Source: a virus
Taxonomy: Duplodnaviria > Caudoviricetes
Virus record (IMG/VR): IMGVR_UViG_3300021364_000018
Coordinates: 1,260 to 65,259 of that record
Direction: 5' to 3' (one strand)
Length of the DNA stretch: 64,000 nt
The notes beneath the pieces were generated by a model. That model was given only the letters and a program-made list of their open reading frames with translations, did no database searches and was not told the DNA's origin. Of this stretch, positions 11,267 to 21,262 are shown in pieces (the stretch's first letter is position 1; every line of letters begins with the position of its first letter). Made by a program: the position numbers and the translations under genes.

Positions 11267-11694
11267 TATCGTACCCTACTTACGGTGAAATCTACTTGTT
11301 GACCTGGTAGACCGTTTTTTATTGAATAGAATACTCTGACATCTAAGTTGTTTCTCTCAACTGGTGAAACATCAACCTTTATGTTAAATATTCTAGGTTC
11401 GTATATCTTTAATACCTTTTCTAAATTGTTTTTAATTCTTCGACCAGCACCAACAGTGTCTAATTCGAATAATTGTTGTCTAAGATTACCACCGAAGTTT
11501 GGTCTAAATGGTCTCTCATAGTGATTTGTTAATAAGATATTTCTCACTGCTCTCTTAATTGCATCTGAATCTTTCTTAACTGTAATGTCGTTTGTGACAG
11601 GATGAGATGTAAACATTATGTCAAGGTCTGAATAAGCGTCCTTAACTGCTGTTGTCTTAGAATTCGGTTTTGTGTAATCTCTAGAGTTTGCCAT
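11266..11694 (-). CDS. gp25: Baseplate wedge subunit gp25
   Basis: YSDLD..F..HP, AIKRAVRNI.LT..ERPF.P.FG, YEPRI. Confidence 0.95.
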   Translation of the reverse strand: MANSRDYTKPNSKTTAVKDAYSDLDIMFTSHPVTNDITVKKDSDAIKRAVRNILLTNHYERPFRPNFGGNLRQQLFELDTVGAGRRIKNNLEKVLKIYEPRIFNIKVDVSPVERNNLDVRVFYSIKNGLPGQQVDFTVSRVR

Positions 11695-11699
11695 TTAAC

Positions 11700-11707
11700 T
11701 ATTTATA
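11700..11707 (-). promoter_or_regulatory. T4-type late promoter TATAAATA
   Basis: Exact TATAAATA 5 nt upstream of the gp25 ATG. Similar (A/C)TAAATA boxes at about 5032, 17920(+), 17947(-), 20613(+), 34439, 36229, 39469, 41312, 43804(+), 50444 and 60948. Confidence 0.8.
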
Positions 11708-11723
11708 ACATTCTTAATAGTGT

Positions 11724-13556
11724 TTAATGCCTGAATATAGAAATAAATGCACCTTGTGCTGGTGGATTACGAAATACAACTGAGTTACCAGACATATACA
11801 CTTGTCCTAAACCACCTACACCAAAATTTTGTTTTACACCATCTACGAATACATACAATGACCCACCTGTTGTTGGGGCGGCATATGTATCTTCACCATC
11901 AATTGCATCGAATGTGTTAACATCACTATCATCGTTTTTGAAACTCTCTTTTGAAAATAGACCTTGAACAGTCTTAACATCTTTTTTAGTGCTTTCTATA
12001 ACACCTTCGATATCTGGCATGTTAATATTGATATCAAACTTCATTCCTAGTAATTTAAGAATATCACAAAATGTCAAGAATAGAGGTTTAAAAATTTTAC
12101 CCAAACCAATTGCATTAAAGAACTTCTTAACTATCTTGACCCATGAAAATAGAATTTTCTTATGCCAATTCGCTTTGAAATCTTTTAGTTCAAGAGCAAA
12201 GTCAGCGATTTCTTCTTCTATAGAAGCTGCTGTTGATTCAATCTTATCGCCAATGATTTTTCTAAGGTCAAAACCGAAAATACTGATACCTTCAATAGCA
12301 TCTCTTACAGCAGTATGAAATTCATTAACTTCTTTGAGTAAGCCTTCTTCTAATAATCGTTTTTCTTCTTCTAGTTTATCCAATTCTTCTGAAAACTTGA
12401 CATGGTCGTCCATCGAAATGTCTTTGTCATCTAACTTTTTCTTCAATTCTTCTATTTGTTTGTTTATCTGTTTAATTTTTACTAATTGACCTGCTTTTGA
12501 TGCTTGAAATTTTGCTTTTATTGAAGCAATTCTTGCCTCTATCAATGCACCAATGTCTAAAGTCATTATTGAGATTAATTCACCGATAGGTATTCCTGGT
12601 AAACCAAGTAAATCCCAAATTTCTTTGAATATACTAATTAATTTCTCAAATGCTTTCATATGAGCGTTTTGAATCCACTCTTTAATCTCTGTTTTGATGT
12701 ATTTCCAGACTAATTTTGCTTTTGCTTCAGTATCAATGACTCCGAATTCGCCGTCAAACTGTCTTAACTCTTCTGGAATCATTTTGAAGAACTTATCAAC
12801 CCATTCTTCTCTCTTTTTTTCTAAATCTTCTATCTCTTTTTTAAGAGTATCAATCTTCTCTTGCAACTCTTTGTCATCTGGCGTTGATTTTTGTTGTTCT
12901 TGTAAATCTGATAACTGTTTTTTCTTTGCGATAATCTGTGTTAGATAATTTTTACCTGCAATTTGGTCAATCAACTCATTTTTATAACTTGGCGAAGTGA
13001 CAAGTTTAAGAATGTTAATCGATAGACCCATAATGCTAATTGTAAAATTGAAAGGCACTAACTTAGATACGAATTCTGCAATTTTTGTAGGTATGTAAGT
13101 ATGAAACTCTTGTAATAATTCAGTAAAAGCATCTCTTGCTTCTTTTTGCCAATTACGAACTGAACCTTTTTGCCAGAATGGTGATAATATGTCTGCTAAG
13201 TCTTCTATGAATGCTTCAATGTCTGCAATTGTTTCATCTATCTTTTCTTTAATCTCACCAAACAAGACATTTTCAATATAGTTCTCTTTTGCTTTTATCT
13301 CTTCTTGTATCTTTTTGAGTTCATCGGGGTCATCAATCTTCTTCATCTTCTCAGTCAATTCAGCAATCTCTTTTTCTTTTTCTGCTTTCATCTCTAAGAC
13401 TTTAGCTTGCAACTTTCCTGGAATAGATGCTATCTCATTAAAGGTGTTAATGAGGTCTGCTTTTGTTGGGAGAGAAAAGATGTCACCGTCTGGACAATTA
13501 AATCCAGAAGGTATCGCTTCTTTTAAACTTGCTGTTGTGTTTGTTTCACCTGACAT
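11724..13556 (-). CDS. Uncharacterised helical/coiled-coil baseplate-region protein
   Basis: 610 aa ORF between gp5 and gp25 with alternating coiled coils and amphipathic helices. Confidence 0.7.
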   Translation of the reverse strand: MSGETNTTASLKEAIPSGFNCPDGDIFSLPTKADLINTFNEIASIPGKLQAKVLEMKAEKEKEIAELTEKMKKIDDPDELKKIQEEIKAKENYIENVLFGEIKEKIDETIADIEAFIEDLADILSPFWQKGSVRNWQKEARDAFTELLQEFHTYIPTKIAEFVSKLVPFNFTISIMGLSINILKLVTSPSYKNELIDQIAGKNYLTQIIAKKKQLSDLQEQQKSTPDDKELQEKIDTLKKEIEDLEKKREEWVDKFFKMIPEELRQFDGEFGVIDTEAKAKLVWKYIKTEIKEWIQNAHMKAFEKLISIFKEIWDLLGLPGIPIGELISIMTLDIGALIEARIASIKAKFQASKAGQLVKIKQINKQIEELKKKLDDKDISMDDHVKFSEELDKLEEEKRLLEEGLLKEVNEFHTAVRDAIEGISIFGFDLRKIIGDKIESTAASIEEEIADFALELKDFKANWHKKILFSWVKIVKKFFNAIGLGKIFKPLFLTFCDILKLLGMKFDININMPDIEGVIESTKKDVKTVQGLFSKESFKNDDSDVNTFDAIDGEDTYAAPTTGGSLYVFVDGVKQNFGVGGLGQVYMSGNSVVFRNPPAQGAFISIFRH

Positions 13557-13557
13557 A

Positions 13558-14604
13558 TCATGAATTCAATTTAAGGTCTTGGGCACTTAGTTTGATTGTC
13601 TTAGCAGACTTGATGTTAATATCATCACCTGCTTCTAAGTCAATCTTACCTGATGCATCAATCTTAGTATCATTATATGATTTGATATCTACTTTACCAT
13701 TTGCATGAATCTTAGCATCGCCCAATACTTTGATGTTTACTTTACCACCAATGTATACTTCATTGTTTTTACATATAACTGTATAATTATCGTTAACTAC
13801 TCTATGAATCTGATTACCATCTTTATCAATTTCATAGAATGTTCCTGTTCTATGTTCTAAAGATATTCTTTCATTACCTCTAGTATCATCTAATTCTAAT
13901 ATGTGACCTGACTCTGTATAAAGCGCCTTGTTGAATGGATACATTGGCGTTGCATTTGACTTCGCTTCTTTTAAGTCATCTGACACTTCGCTCATATCTC
14001 GACCTGTGTAGATTGCATCGCCTGTTGAGAATACATTGATGTCACTTGCATCAGTGACTAATGGATAATAAGGTAATGTTTTTTCTGACTCTTCAAACTC
14101 TGTAATCTTTGAACCTGCACCTGTGTATTCTATCTGAACTTCTTTTGGGAGTTGTGGTGAAGTTTCTAAAGATAAAGAAAGAGCATTTGGTCTAGGACCT
14201 GATGGTGGGTTTAAACCGTCATCAGTTCCTTCATAATCAGATTGTGTTGTTCTTCTTGGGTCATTAAAACCTCTGAGTGGTGTCACTGTTCTGGATAACA
14301 ACTCATCGGTCACTGTTTCTTTATAACCCTTTTGAGAGATACCTTGACCAACACCTAAAACTACAAAATCTTGTAAGTCGTCATCTCTAAAGTGACCATA
14401 GACTGTTGTACCTTCAACTATAGAATGTTGAGTTCCGAATCCACCCAAACCTGCTGTTGTCGCCGGCATGATTACTTGCGACCAAGGTAAATCAGGTGTT
14501 GCAATTAATGATTTGTTATCTGTATGCAAACCATGAACACGAACTCTAACACGACCAATCTTCAATGGGTCGTTTCTATCTTCTACTATACCATAATAAA
14601 ACAT
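13558..14604 (-). CDS. gp5: Baseplate hub/central spike gp5 (no lysozyme domain)
   Basis: GIVEDRNDPLKIGRVRVRV.G.H..LPW OB-fold, YPFN...TESGH..E.DDT..ERI...HRTGT, C-terminal beta-helix repeats. Confidence 0.9.
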   Translation of the reverse strand: MFYYGIVEDRNDPLKIGRVRVRVHGLHTDNKSLIATPDLPWSQVIMPATTAGLGGFGTQHSIVEGTTVYGHFRDDDLQDFVVLGVGQGISQKGYKETVTDELLSRTVTPLRGFNDPRRTTQSDYEGTDDGLNPPSGPRPNALSLSLETSPQLPKEVQIEYTGAGSKITEFEESEKTLPYYPLVTDASDINVFSTGDAIYTGRDMSEVSDDLKEAKSNATPMYPFNKALYTESGHILELDDTRGNERISLEHRTGTFYEIDKDGNQIHRVVNDNYTVICKNNEVYIGGKVNIKVLGDAKIHANGKVDIKSYNDTKIDASGKIDLEAGDDINIKSAKTIKLSAQDLKLNS

Positions 14605-16091
14605 TACACTTCCTCAGGTTCACTTGTTTGACTTAATGGATTGTATGATTTAATATCTACACCATAACTCTCTTTGATTGTCTGCATTGTCACTGAACCT
14701 TTATTGTTAATAGGGTCAATGAAGAAAACAAGTTTACCAATTAAATATTTTCCGTCTTCTAGTTTATCGCCGTCATCAGAATCAGTTTTGATTTCAGTTG
14801 TTGGTAATGTAAGTCTTACAACTGAACCAACTGAGATATCACTTCTAAAAGGTATAGTTGCTTTGATAACATTTTGTTCGAATAGAGACAACAATGCTTT
14901 TCTCTCTAAGATACCTGTATCTCTATATTCATTACCTCTAGGTTGTGTTGTTGATTTACCATCAGTTGCATCAATCAACTTAGATTCATCTGAAAAAGCA
15001 TTCGTTGGATTGACCTTATAATGTGTTTTAGATTCCCATGCTTGGTCAGGTGCAAGGTCTACAAATGCTTCTTTTGAATCAGGATTAGTTGTGACATCTA
15101 ACATCTCTTCTGCTTCGTATATAGTTTCTAAATCAGAAGCACGAATTAAAGGAAAACCTGATACATGAGCTGCCTTTCTATCAAAAACTTTTGATATAGA
15201 ATATACATTCTCTTCTTCAAGTTTACGAATTGGGTCGTATGTTTTTAACATGGAAGCATACGCACCATCTTGAACACCTTTCATTGTATTGAACTTTTGT
15301 GGAAACTGATAATCTAAAATCTGACTATTCAAACCCACATCTGGTGCATTGATATCTATCTCTTCTGTATCTAATTTTGCATTTCTTGGATAATAACTAA
15401 ATCGTAATGGAAACTCCATTTCTCTACACATGGTGTCAAAAGAAACAAATCTAAAACTACCATTTAATGTTTGAAAGAAGAACATACTGTTTTGCCAACT
15501 TGCATCTTCTCCATAGTTTGCGTTTTCGGTGCAATACTTAATTACTTTGTTTAGATTCCAATTAGGACAAATGAATTGTTGATTTTCTGGTTTAGATTCT
15601 TCCCAATAATCTGCTAAATCATCTACACTTCTTAGTTTACCAAACCCACCATCTTCTCTCAATGCTTTAAGTAAGATACTAGAATATGAACCTCTATATG
15701 TTTTACTTACTACAGTCTTTTGACAAGTAAAGAATTTTGGGTCTACAATATGAAGAACATAAGACTTTGTTAAATCGTTGACTGGTTGAATATTTGTTAG
15801 ACTGTAGATTCTGAATACTTTATCGATTGAGTTTTCTGTGCTAGAGAATTCACCTTCTGAACCTTCTCTTTGTCTTATCTTCATAGTAAGAGATTCTTGA
15901 CCAACAAGTTTGAAGTTTTTGATTAAGTCTAGACCATCGACAATAGACAATCTACCTGATAAGAAAGGTTTGTCTATCGATTCAAATATTTTGATGCTTG
16001 TTGTTATGCCTGATATGTCAATCGTATCTCCTTCTGGATTGACTATAGTAAGGGCATCAACAACAAGTTCTCCTTGTTGTAAATTGCTCAT
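14604..16091 (-). CDS. Baseplate hub protein, gp27-like
   Basis: Position between gp53 and gp5; I.IFESI..PFLSG.L.I.D, FFFQT..G..F and terminal GKYLI motifs. Confidence 0.65.
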   Translation of the reverse strand: MSNLQQGELVVDALTIVNPEGDTIDISGITTSIKIFESIDKPFLSGRLSIVDGLDLIKNFKLVGQESLTMKIRQREGSEGEFSSTENSIDKVFRIYSLTNIQPVNDLTKSYVLHIVDPKFFTCQKTVVSKTYRGSYSSILLKALREDGGFGKLRSVDDLADYWEESKPENQQFICPNWNLNKVIKYCTENANYGEDASWQNSMFFFQTLNGSFRFVSFDTMCREMEFPLRFSYYPRNAKLDTEEIDINAPDVGLNSQILDYQFPQKFNTMKGVQDGAYASMLKTYDPIRKLEEENVYSISKVFDRKAAHVSGFPLIRASDLETIYEAEEMLDVTTNPDSKEAFVDLAPDQAWESKTHYKVNPTNAFSDESKLIDATDGKSTTQPRGNEYRDTGILERKALLSLFEQNVIKATIPFRSDISVGSVVRLTLPTTEIKTDSDDGDKLEDGKYLIGKLVFFIDPINNKGSVTMQTIKESYGVDIKSYNPLSQTSEPEEV

Positions 16092-16819
16092 GCTCTCATT
16101 ACTTTTTCAAATCGTCTGACTATCGTATCAATTAAACTAGGTCTGATGACTTTGATTTTTCTTTTTTCCTCGTTGATGTTCTGTTCATTAATATCATGTG
16201 ATACAGCAGTGAAACCTGCCTGTGGACAATTTCTTTTTAGACCTTCTGCATTAACATAGTATGCGACACCATCTCTTTCTTCAACTACAGTTGTTGGTGT
16301 AAATGTTCTAGTTGATACTGCACCTGTGATAAGTTCATTCGATTTAAAATCACCACCTTCTATTGCAATTCTATGATGTTCTGGTTCTACTTTAGTGATT
16401 CTACCTTCACTTGATACACTTGTTACCTTCTCACCTAAGAGATATTTATTTGATATATCTGCAACTGTTGTCTTAGCACTAACTATCTCTGCCTGTGTCA
16501 AGGCAACTGCATATTGACCTGGATATTTTGCAGTCATATATCTTTCAAATGTTTCACTATCTTTGTGCCAATCATAATAGTTTTCTATCTCATTAACTAA
16601 AAAGAAAGTCCAATGTAAATCTGGATTACCATATAGTTTTGTTGCAACAACATCTGGTCTCTCACCGTCTTCTATATGATAGTAAGAATAATCGACAATA
16701 GATTCAACTGCTTCTTGTTCTATCTTAGACTTACGAAAAAAGTCTTTGATGAAAATGACTTTACCGTCATCTAACTTATATTGAATCTCTGGAAAGTTTT
16801 GAAAAAATTGACTAGCCAT
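16088..16819 (-). CDS. gp53: Baseplate wedge subunit gp53
   Basis: FF.NFP.I.Y, Y.I.DGERPD..A.KLYG..LHW, NEEKR.IKV. Confidence 0.9.
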   Translation of the reverse strand: MASQFFQNFPEIQYKLDDGKVIFIKDFFRKSKIEQEAVESIVDYSYYHIEDGERPDVVATKLYGNPDLHWTFFLVNEIENYYDWHKDSETFERYMTAKYPGQYAVALTQAEIVSAKTTVADISNKYLLGEKVTSVSSEGRITKVEPEHHRIAIEGGDFKSNELITGAVSTRTFTPTTVVEERDGVAYYVNAEGLKRNCPQAGFTAVSHDINEQNINEEKRKIKVIRPSLIDTIVRRFEKVMRA

Positions 16820-17918
16820 CTACATCACCTCTTTGTGACCTTTCGAATATACTTTCTTCTGCACCATACTCATGTTCGAATCTAAGGTCTTGCGATTCTG
16901 CTTTGATGACATTGTAATTTCCTTGTGTAAGAATTTTGATTTCTAAGAACTGTAATGTCAATTGAATATGTGCAGGCATTCCGTCTTCAAATGTTGAGAA
17001 CTTCTGCCCACCTGTGTAATCAACCTGTGCGTTTGAACAAACAGCAGGTAAGAAACCATCTACTTTATTACCCATAGGTCCGTCAAAGTAAATATCGAAT
17101 ATGTTTGGATAGTTAAAGAAGTTTGCGTTTGGGTTGTCTTCTGGTGATATGACTTCTTCGCCACCTAATATTGATACATCTGAATATGTATCAGGCAACA
17201 TTGACATTCTAAATGTTTCAATGATTTTTAAAACACTCTTTGCCTCTTCTTGCGACCTTGGATAAAAGTCATATGTAAAGTCCCACGACCTGAAAGGCAC
17301 ACCATCTAGTATTTGTTCGTTTTGTGGATTGACTGCTCGACCTGCTCTAAGGTTTGTTAAACCACCTGTCATTTTATTCAGCGTTTCTTTAACGAATGCG
17401 TTTGCCATTTTTTTACCTTCTTCAGCACCCACATCTGCCAAATCTTTTTCTGGTGACATCAGAGCTTGTCCAATTCTTTCTAAACCTCTAGTGAATGAAT
17501 TAACACCTGTTTGTGTATATTGAACTGTTGCTTGTGATATGATTTGGTCTGGAACATACAATGCAATAGAACGAGACTTGTCTGCAAATTTAGATGAACC
17601 TCTCGCTCTTCTTGGTCTAATATCGAATACTAGATAATTTGCAAGTCTATCGTGTATCGGATAAACTATTTGGGGTTCACTACCTGCTGGTAATCTCTTT
17701 GAATGCCCTCTACCTTTTGAACCGTCATAGTTCAATGAGTTTTGAAGACTACTTCTTCTTTGGTCTAACTTCTTTAATGCGCTTTCTTTTGCTTCGCCTA
17801 GTTCATCTAAGGCACTCTCATAGTTTATTGCTTGTATCTGACTTGCAATACCTTTGATAGAGTTTATAGCATTTTTTGCTTTTTGAAACTTCGATAATAA
17901 TTTGTCTATGTATGCCAT
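16812..17918 (-). CDS. gp48: Baseplate tail-tube cap gp48
   Basis: IALYVP, NP..E....GV.FR.WDF.Y.FYPRS.EEA, YPNIF.I, L.L.F.E. Confidence 0.85.
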   Translation of the reverse strand: MAYIDKLLSKFQKAKNAINSIKGIASQIQAINYESALDELGEAKESALKKLDQRRSSLQNSLNYDGSKGRGHSKRLPAGSEPQIVYPIHDRLANYLVFDIRPRRARGSSKFADKSRSIALYVPDQIISQATVQYTQTGVNSFTRGLERIGQALMSPEKDLADVGAEEGKKMANAFVKETLNKMTGGLTNLRAGRAVNPQNEQILDGVPFRSWDFTYDFYPRSQEEAKSVLKIIETFRMSMLPDTYSDVSILGGEEVISPEDNPNANFFNYPNIFDIYFDGPMGNKVDGFLPAVCSNAQVDYTGGQKFSTFEDGMPAHIQLTLQFLEIKILTQGNYNVIKAESQDLRFEHEYGAEESIFERSQRGDVDG

Positions 17919-17942
17919 GTATAAATAATCCTAAAAGGTTTA

Positions 17943-18398
17943 TTGTTATTTATGTCATACAGTGGTAAGTTCAAACCAAAGAACTATAAAAAGTATAGGG
18001 GCGACCCTACTAAAATCTTCTATCGCTCATTATGGGAAAGAAGATTCATGGTCTATTGCGATAATAATGAAAAGATTATTGAATGGGGTAGTGAAGAAGT
18101 AATCATACCTTACAGGTCGCCATTAGATAAAAAAGTCCATAGATATTTTCCTGATTTTTATATAAAATATATTAATAAGGATAAACAAGTGGTACGAGAG
18201 ATAATTGAAGTTAAACCTAAGAAACAACTCAACCCACCTAAAGAACCAAAGAGAAGAACTCAAAGATATCTAAATGAAGTCACTACATATATGGTGAATC
18301 AGGCAAAGTTCAAAGCAGCTCAAGAATACTGCAATGATAGAAAACTAGGTTTTAGAATCTTAACAGAAGACCACTTGGTTCCAAAAAAGAAAAAATGA
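17943..18398 (+). CDS. gp4: Head completion nuclease gp4 (likely start ATG at 17952)
   Basis: YSGKFKP.N..KY.GDP..I.YRS.WE, W.SEE..IPY..P.D..HRYFPDF, IEVKP. Confidence 0.95.
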   Translation: MLFMSYSGKFKPKNYKKYRGDPTKIFYRSLWERRFMVYCDNNEKIIEWGSEEVIIPYRSPLDKKVHRYFPDFYIKYINKDKQVVREIIEVKPKKQLNPPKEPKRRTQRYLNEVTTYMVNQAKFKAAQEYCNDRKLGFRILTEDHLVPKKKK

Positions 18399-19009
18399 AA
18401 AAATTATATGTATTCGATTTAGACGGCGTTCTAATCGATTCTCTACCCAATATGGAAATGTCTTGGGGTGTAGTTCAATTACACCATAAGATAGACATAC
18501 CCTTTTCTGAATACGCAAAACATATCGGTAAACCTTTCTTTGACATACTAACTGAAATCGGTATACATGATAATCAATCAAGAATTAAACTGACTTATGA
18601 TGAAGCGTCTATTCAAGGCACTGAAATAAAAATATATCCAGGTGTTATTGAAACACTTGAAGAACTCAAATCAAGAGGTTGTAAGATTGCAATCTGCACA
18701 TCGAAAGATATTAAAAGAGTTCATCATGTCATTGCTAGTTTGATACTAGACGGTAAAAAGATGCCAAAGTTCGATTGGGTATGTGCCCCTAAAAAAGGTC
18801 TAAGAGGAAAACCAGCACCAGACCAACTACTAAATACTATTGCATTCTGTAATGAAGACCCACATGATACATACTATATCGGAGATATGGAATCAGATAT
18901 GTTTTGTGCTAACAGAGCAGGTGTAGACTTTATACATGCAAACTATGGATATGGACAAGTGAAATGCGAACTCTCAGTGAACCAGATAGAACAAATCCTC
19001 TCACTGTAG
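18395..19009 (+). CDS. HAD-family phosphatase (phosphoglycolate phosphatase-like)
   Basis: FDLDGVLIDS motif I, CTSK, KPAP, YIGD..SD. Confidence 0.9.
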   Translation: MKKLYVFDLDGVLIDSLPNMEMSWGVVQLHHKIDIPFSEYAKHIGKPFFDILTEIGIHDNQSRIKLTYDEASIQGTEIKIYPGVIETLEELKSRGCKIAICTSKDIKRVHHVIASLILDGKKMPKFDWVCAPKKGLRGKPAPDQLLNTIAFCNEDPHDTYYIGDMESDMFCANRAGVDFIHANYGYGQVKCELSVNQIEQILSL

Positions 19010-19713
19010 GATTAATCCCAGCAAGATGGCAGTCGACTCGTTTCGAAGGCAAACCCCTAGCATTAATCAAAGGTATTCCGATGATTCAGCGAGTCTATGA
19101 CCGTGCAAGAATGTGTAAGAACTTAGATACTATTGTAGTCTTAACTGATGATGACCGTATCAGACATTATTGTGCTGTAAATGAAATACGATGTATAGTA
19201 ATCGAAAATGATTGTCTGACCGGAACAGACAGGTGTGCGAAAGCACTAGAACTACTTGACGGCGACTTGTTTGTCAATATTCAAGGAGACGAACCACTTA
19301 TCAATCCTGATGCAATAGATACCTTAATAGAAAAACACGATAGGAATATAGGAGTGTCTAACTCTTATGTCTATGTAGATGATGATAGATTAAACGATAG
19401 AAATGTTGTCAAGGTCGTCACTGACAAAAATTCTAATGCAATCTACTATTCTAGATTAGGCATTCCGTTCCATCAAAAAGAAGAGACCCCATATAAACAA
19501 CAAATGGGGTTATATGTTTTCAATCGAGAACTGTTAGAATTATTCAATCTCTTAAAACCTGGTGAAGTAGAGAAAGCAGAATCAGTAGAGATGTTAAGAT
19601 TCATCGAACACGGTTACGATGTGAAAATGATAGAAGTAGAAGATGAAGGTCTTTCCGTAGACACAATCGAAGATTTAAAAAAAGTAGAGGAACATATTAA
19701 TGCGTATCAATAA
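18964..19713 (+). CDS. kdsB: 3-deoxy-manno-octulosonate cytidylyltransferase (CMP-Kdo synthetase)
   Basis: IPARWQSTRFEGKPLA, TGTDR, VNIQGDEPLI, VVKVV, YYSR, E.LR..E.G, SVDT.EDL. Confidence 0.9.
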   Translation: MRTLSEPDRTNPLTVGLIPARWQSTRFEGKPLALIKGIPMIQRVYDRARMCKNLDTIVVLTDDDRIRHYCAVNEIRCIVIENDCLTGTDRCAKALELLDGDLFVNIQGDEPLINPDAIDTLIEKHDRNIGVSNSYVYVDDDRLNDRNVVKVVTDKNSNAIYYSRLGIPFHQKEETPYKQQMGLYVFNRELLELFNLLKPGEVEKAESVEMLRFIEHGYDVKMIEVEDEGLSVDTIEDLKKVEEHINAYQ

Positions 19714-20611
19714 AGATGAAGTCGTGTTGACACCTGAAATAGTTGAAACATCAAAAACATACGAACCTGAATGTAAACATTTTTTCTTAAAACAAGATGG
19801 CAGTCAAAGAGGTTCAATATATGAAGAGATGAAAGAACATTGGCATTGGATTGTAGAAAACAGGTCTACACCTTATCTCTTAACTATGACTGACTTATTA
19901 GAATTGAAACTAATAGGTCCTGAAAATAGTCGATACAACCATAACGAGATTTTTAGAAAGGTCACTCAACTATTAGATTACATTGACGGACCAGAACTCA
20001 ATAAAGAAAACTTTATGGAGTTGACAGGTAATGATACAAAAATGAATCAATGTTATCATACATGTAAAACAATGTATCTGATAGACCAATACAGAACAGT
20101 CGGTTTATATTCGACAATGCAGGCAATCACTGAGAACAAAGGTGCAAACATGTTTGTTCACCCTGGTTTCTCTCGTATACATGCTTATTACTACATGGCG
20201 AATCCAGAAGATGTTTTAATTTTATGGGACAACGACAACATAGTAAAAGACAAAACACCTTTGACATTTGATGAATGGTTTGAAATCTTTGACAAGATTG
20301 AAGATAAAGATATCTTCGCCGCCAATGTAAAAGGTAAGATTATGGAAATGCATATGGAAGAAGATAGACCACAAATCTTAATATCTACAGAAAGCATTAA
20401 AGATATGTTTGATAGAAAACTACCTGTTCTCATCGGCGAATGTGATGAAGAAGTAGAACAATACTTTAGAAAAGAAGGTGATAAAGGCGTATTCTTTGAA
20501 ACTATCAACGACCATAAAATCAATAAACTCGATATGTGTCACATATTATCACTTTATCCAGAATCATCTGAATCTTTTGAAACAGAAAACTTTAAAGTTT
20601 ATGTAAAATGA
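19700..20611 (+). CDS. Hypothetical protein co-transcribed with kdsB
   Basis: 303 aa ORF overlapping the kdsB stop; HPGxSR motif. Confidence 0.7.
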   Translation: MRINKDEVVLTPEIVETSKTYEPECKHFFLKQDGSQRGSIYEEMKEHWHWIVENRSTPYLLTMTDLLELKLIGPENSRYNHNEIFRKVTQLLDYIDGPELNKENFMELTGNDTKMNQCYHTCKTMYLIDQYRTVGLYSTMQAITENKGANMFVHPGFSRIHAYYYMANPEDVLILWDNDNIVKDKTPLTFDEWFEIFDKIEDKDIFAANVKGKIMEMHMEEDRPQILISTESIKDMFDRKLPVLIGECDEEVEQYFRKEGDKGVFFETINDHKINKLDMCHILSLYPESSESFETENFKVYVK

Positions 20612-20626
20612 ACATAAATAATAGGC

Positions 20627-21262
20627 ATGAAAAGTCTATTAGAAAGATTAGATTCAGAATCACCCAAAGAACTTGAAAGAAGAAGTAGAGAATCTTTAGA
20701 GTGGTTTAGAAAAAATACCAGAAGATTAAAGATTACTTCTGAACGATTCTATAAACAGTCTCATCTTCCTAGAACTAACAAGTATATAGATGGTCGTTTC
20801 TACACTTACTTTTATAATCCAGAATACGCCGCTAAATTACCTTATTACGATAGATTTCCTTGCGTTCTGATAATCGAAAGATATCAGAATGGTTTTCTAG
20901 GTTTGAATTTTCATTACATTCCACCTAGAATGAGAGTAAAACTTTTATACAATCTATTTGAGTTTGCTATCTACGAAGAAAAAGATGAGAGGGCACCTAA
21001 CGACCCAGCACTTGAAGGTATCGGTTCAGAAGACAATGAAACAAATAGAATTCGTATGAACTATAGACTTTTAAATGCAATAACAAAATTAAGATTCTTC
21101 AAACCTTGTTTGAAAAGATATAGATACGACAAGATACTCGGAAGAGCATTAGAAGTAGAACCCAAATATTGGGATATCATGGCAATGTTGCCAACTGCTC
21201 AATGGGAGAAAACAACAGCATCATCTGTTTATAGAGATGCGAGACAAATGGTAAATGCATAA
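20627..21262 (+). CDS. gp2: DNA end protector gp2
   Basis: S..WF, Y.Y.P...KLPYYDRFP, FLGLNFHY.PP..R, KPC.KRY. Confidence 0.9.
   Translation: MKSLLERLDSESPKELERRSRESLEWFRKNTRRLKITSERFYKQSHLPRTNKYIDGRFYTYFYNPEYAAKLPYYDRFPCVLIIERYQNGFLGLNFHYIPPRMRVKLLYNLFEFAIYEEKDERAPNDPALEGIGSEDNETNRIRMNYRLLNAITKLRFFKPCLKRYRYDKILGRALEVEPKYWDIMAMLPTAQWEKTTASSVYRDARQMVNA

Noticed and set aside
1650-17857. Numerous + strand ORFs in the track (e.g. 2769-3179, 8054-8320, 14674-15021) and similar antisense ORFs elsewhere
   Set aside because: They lie antisense to well-supported genes and have Ser/Leu-rich shadow composition
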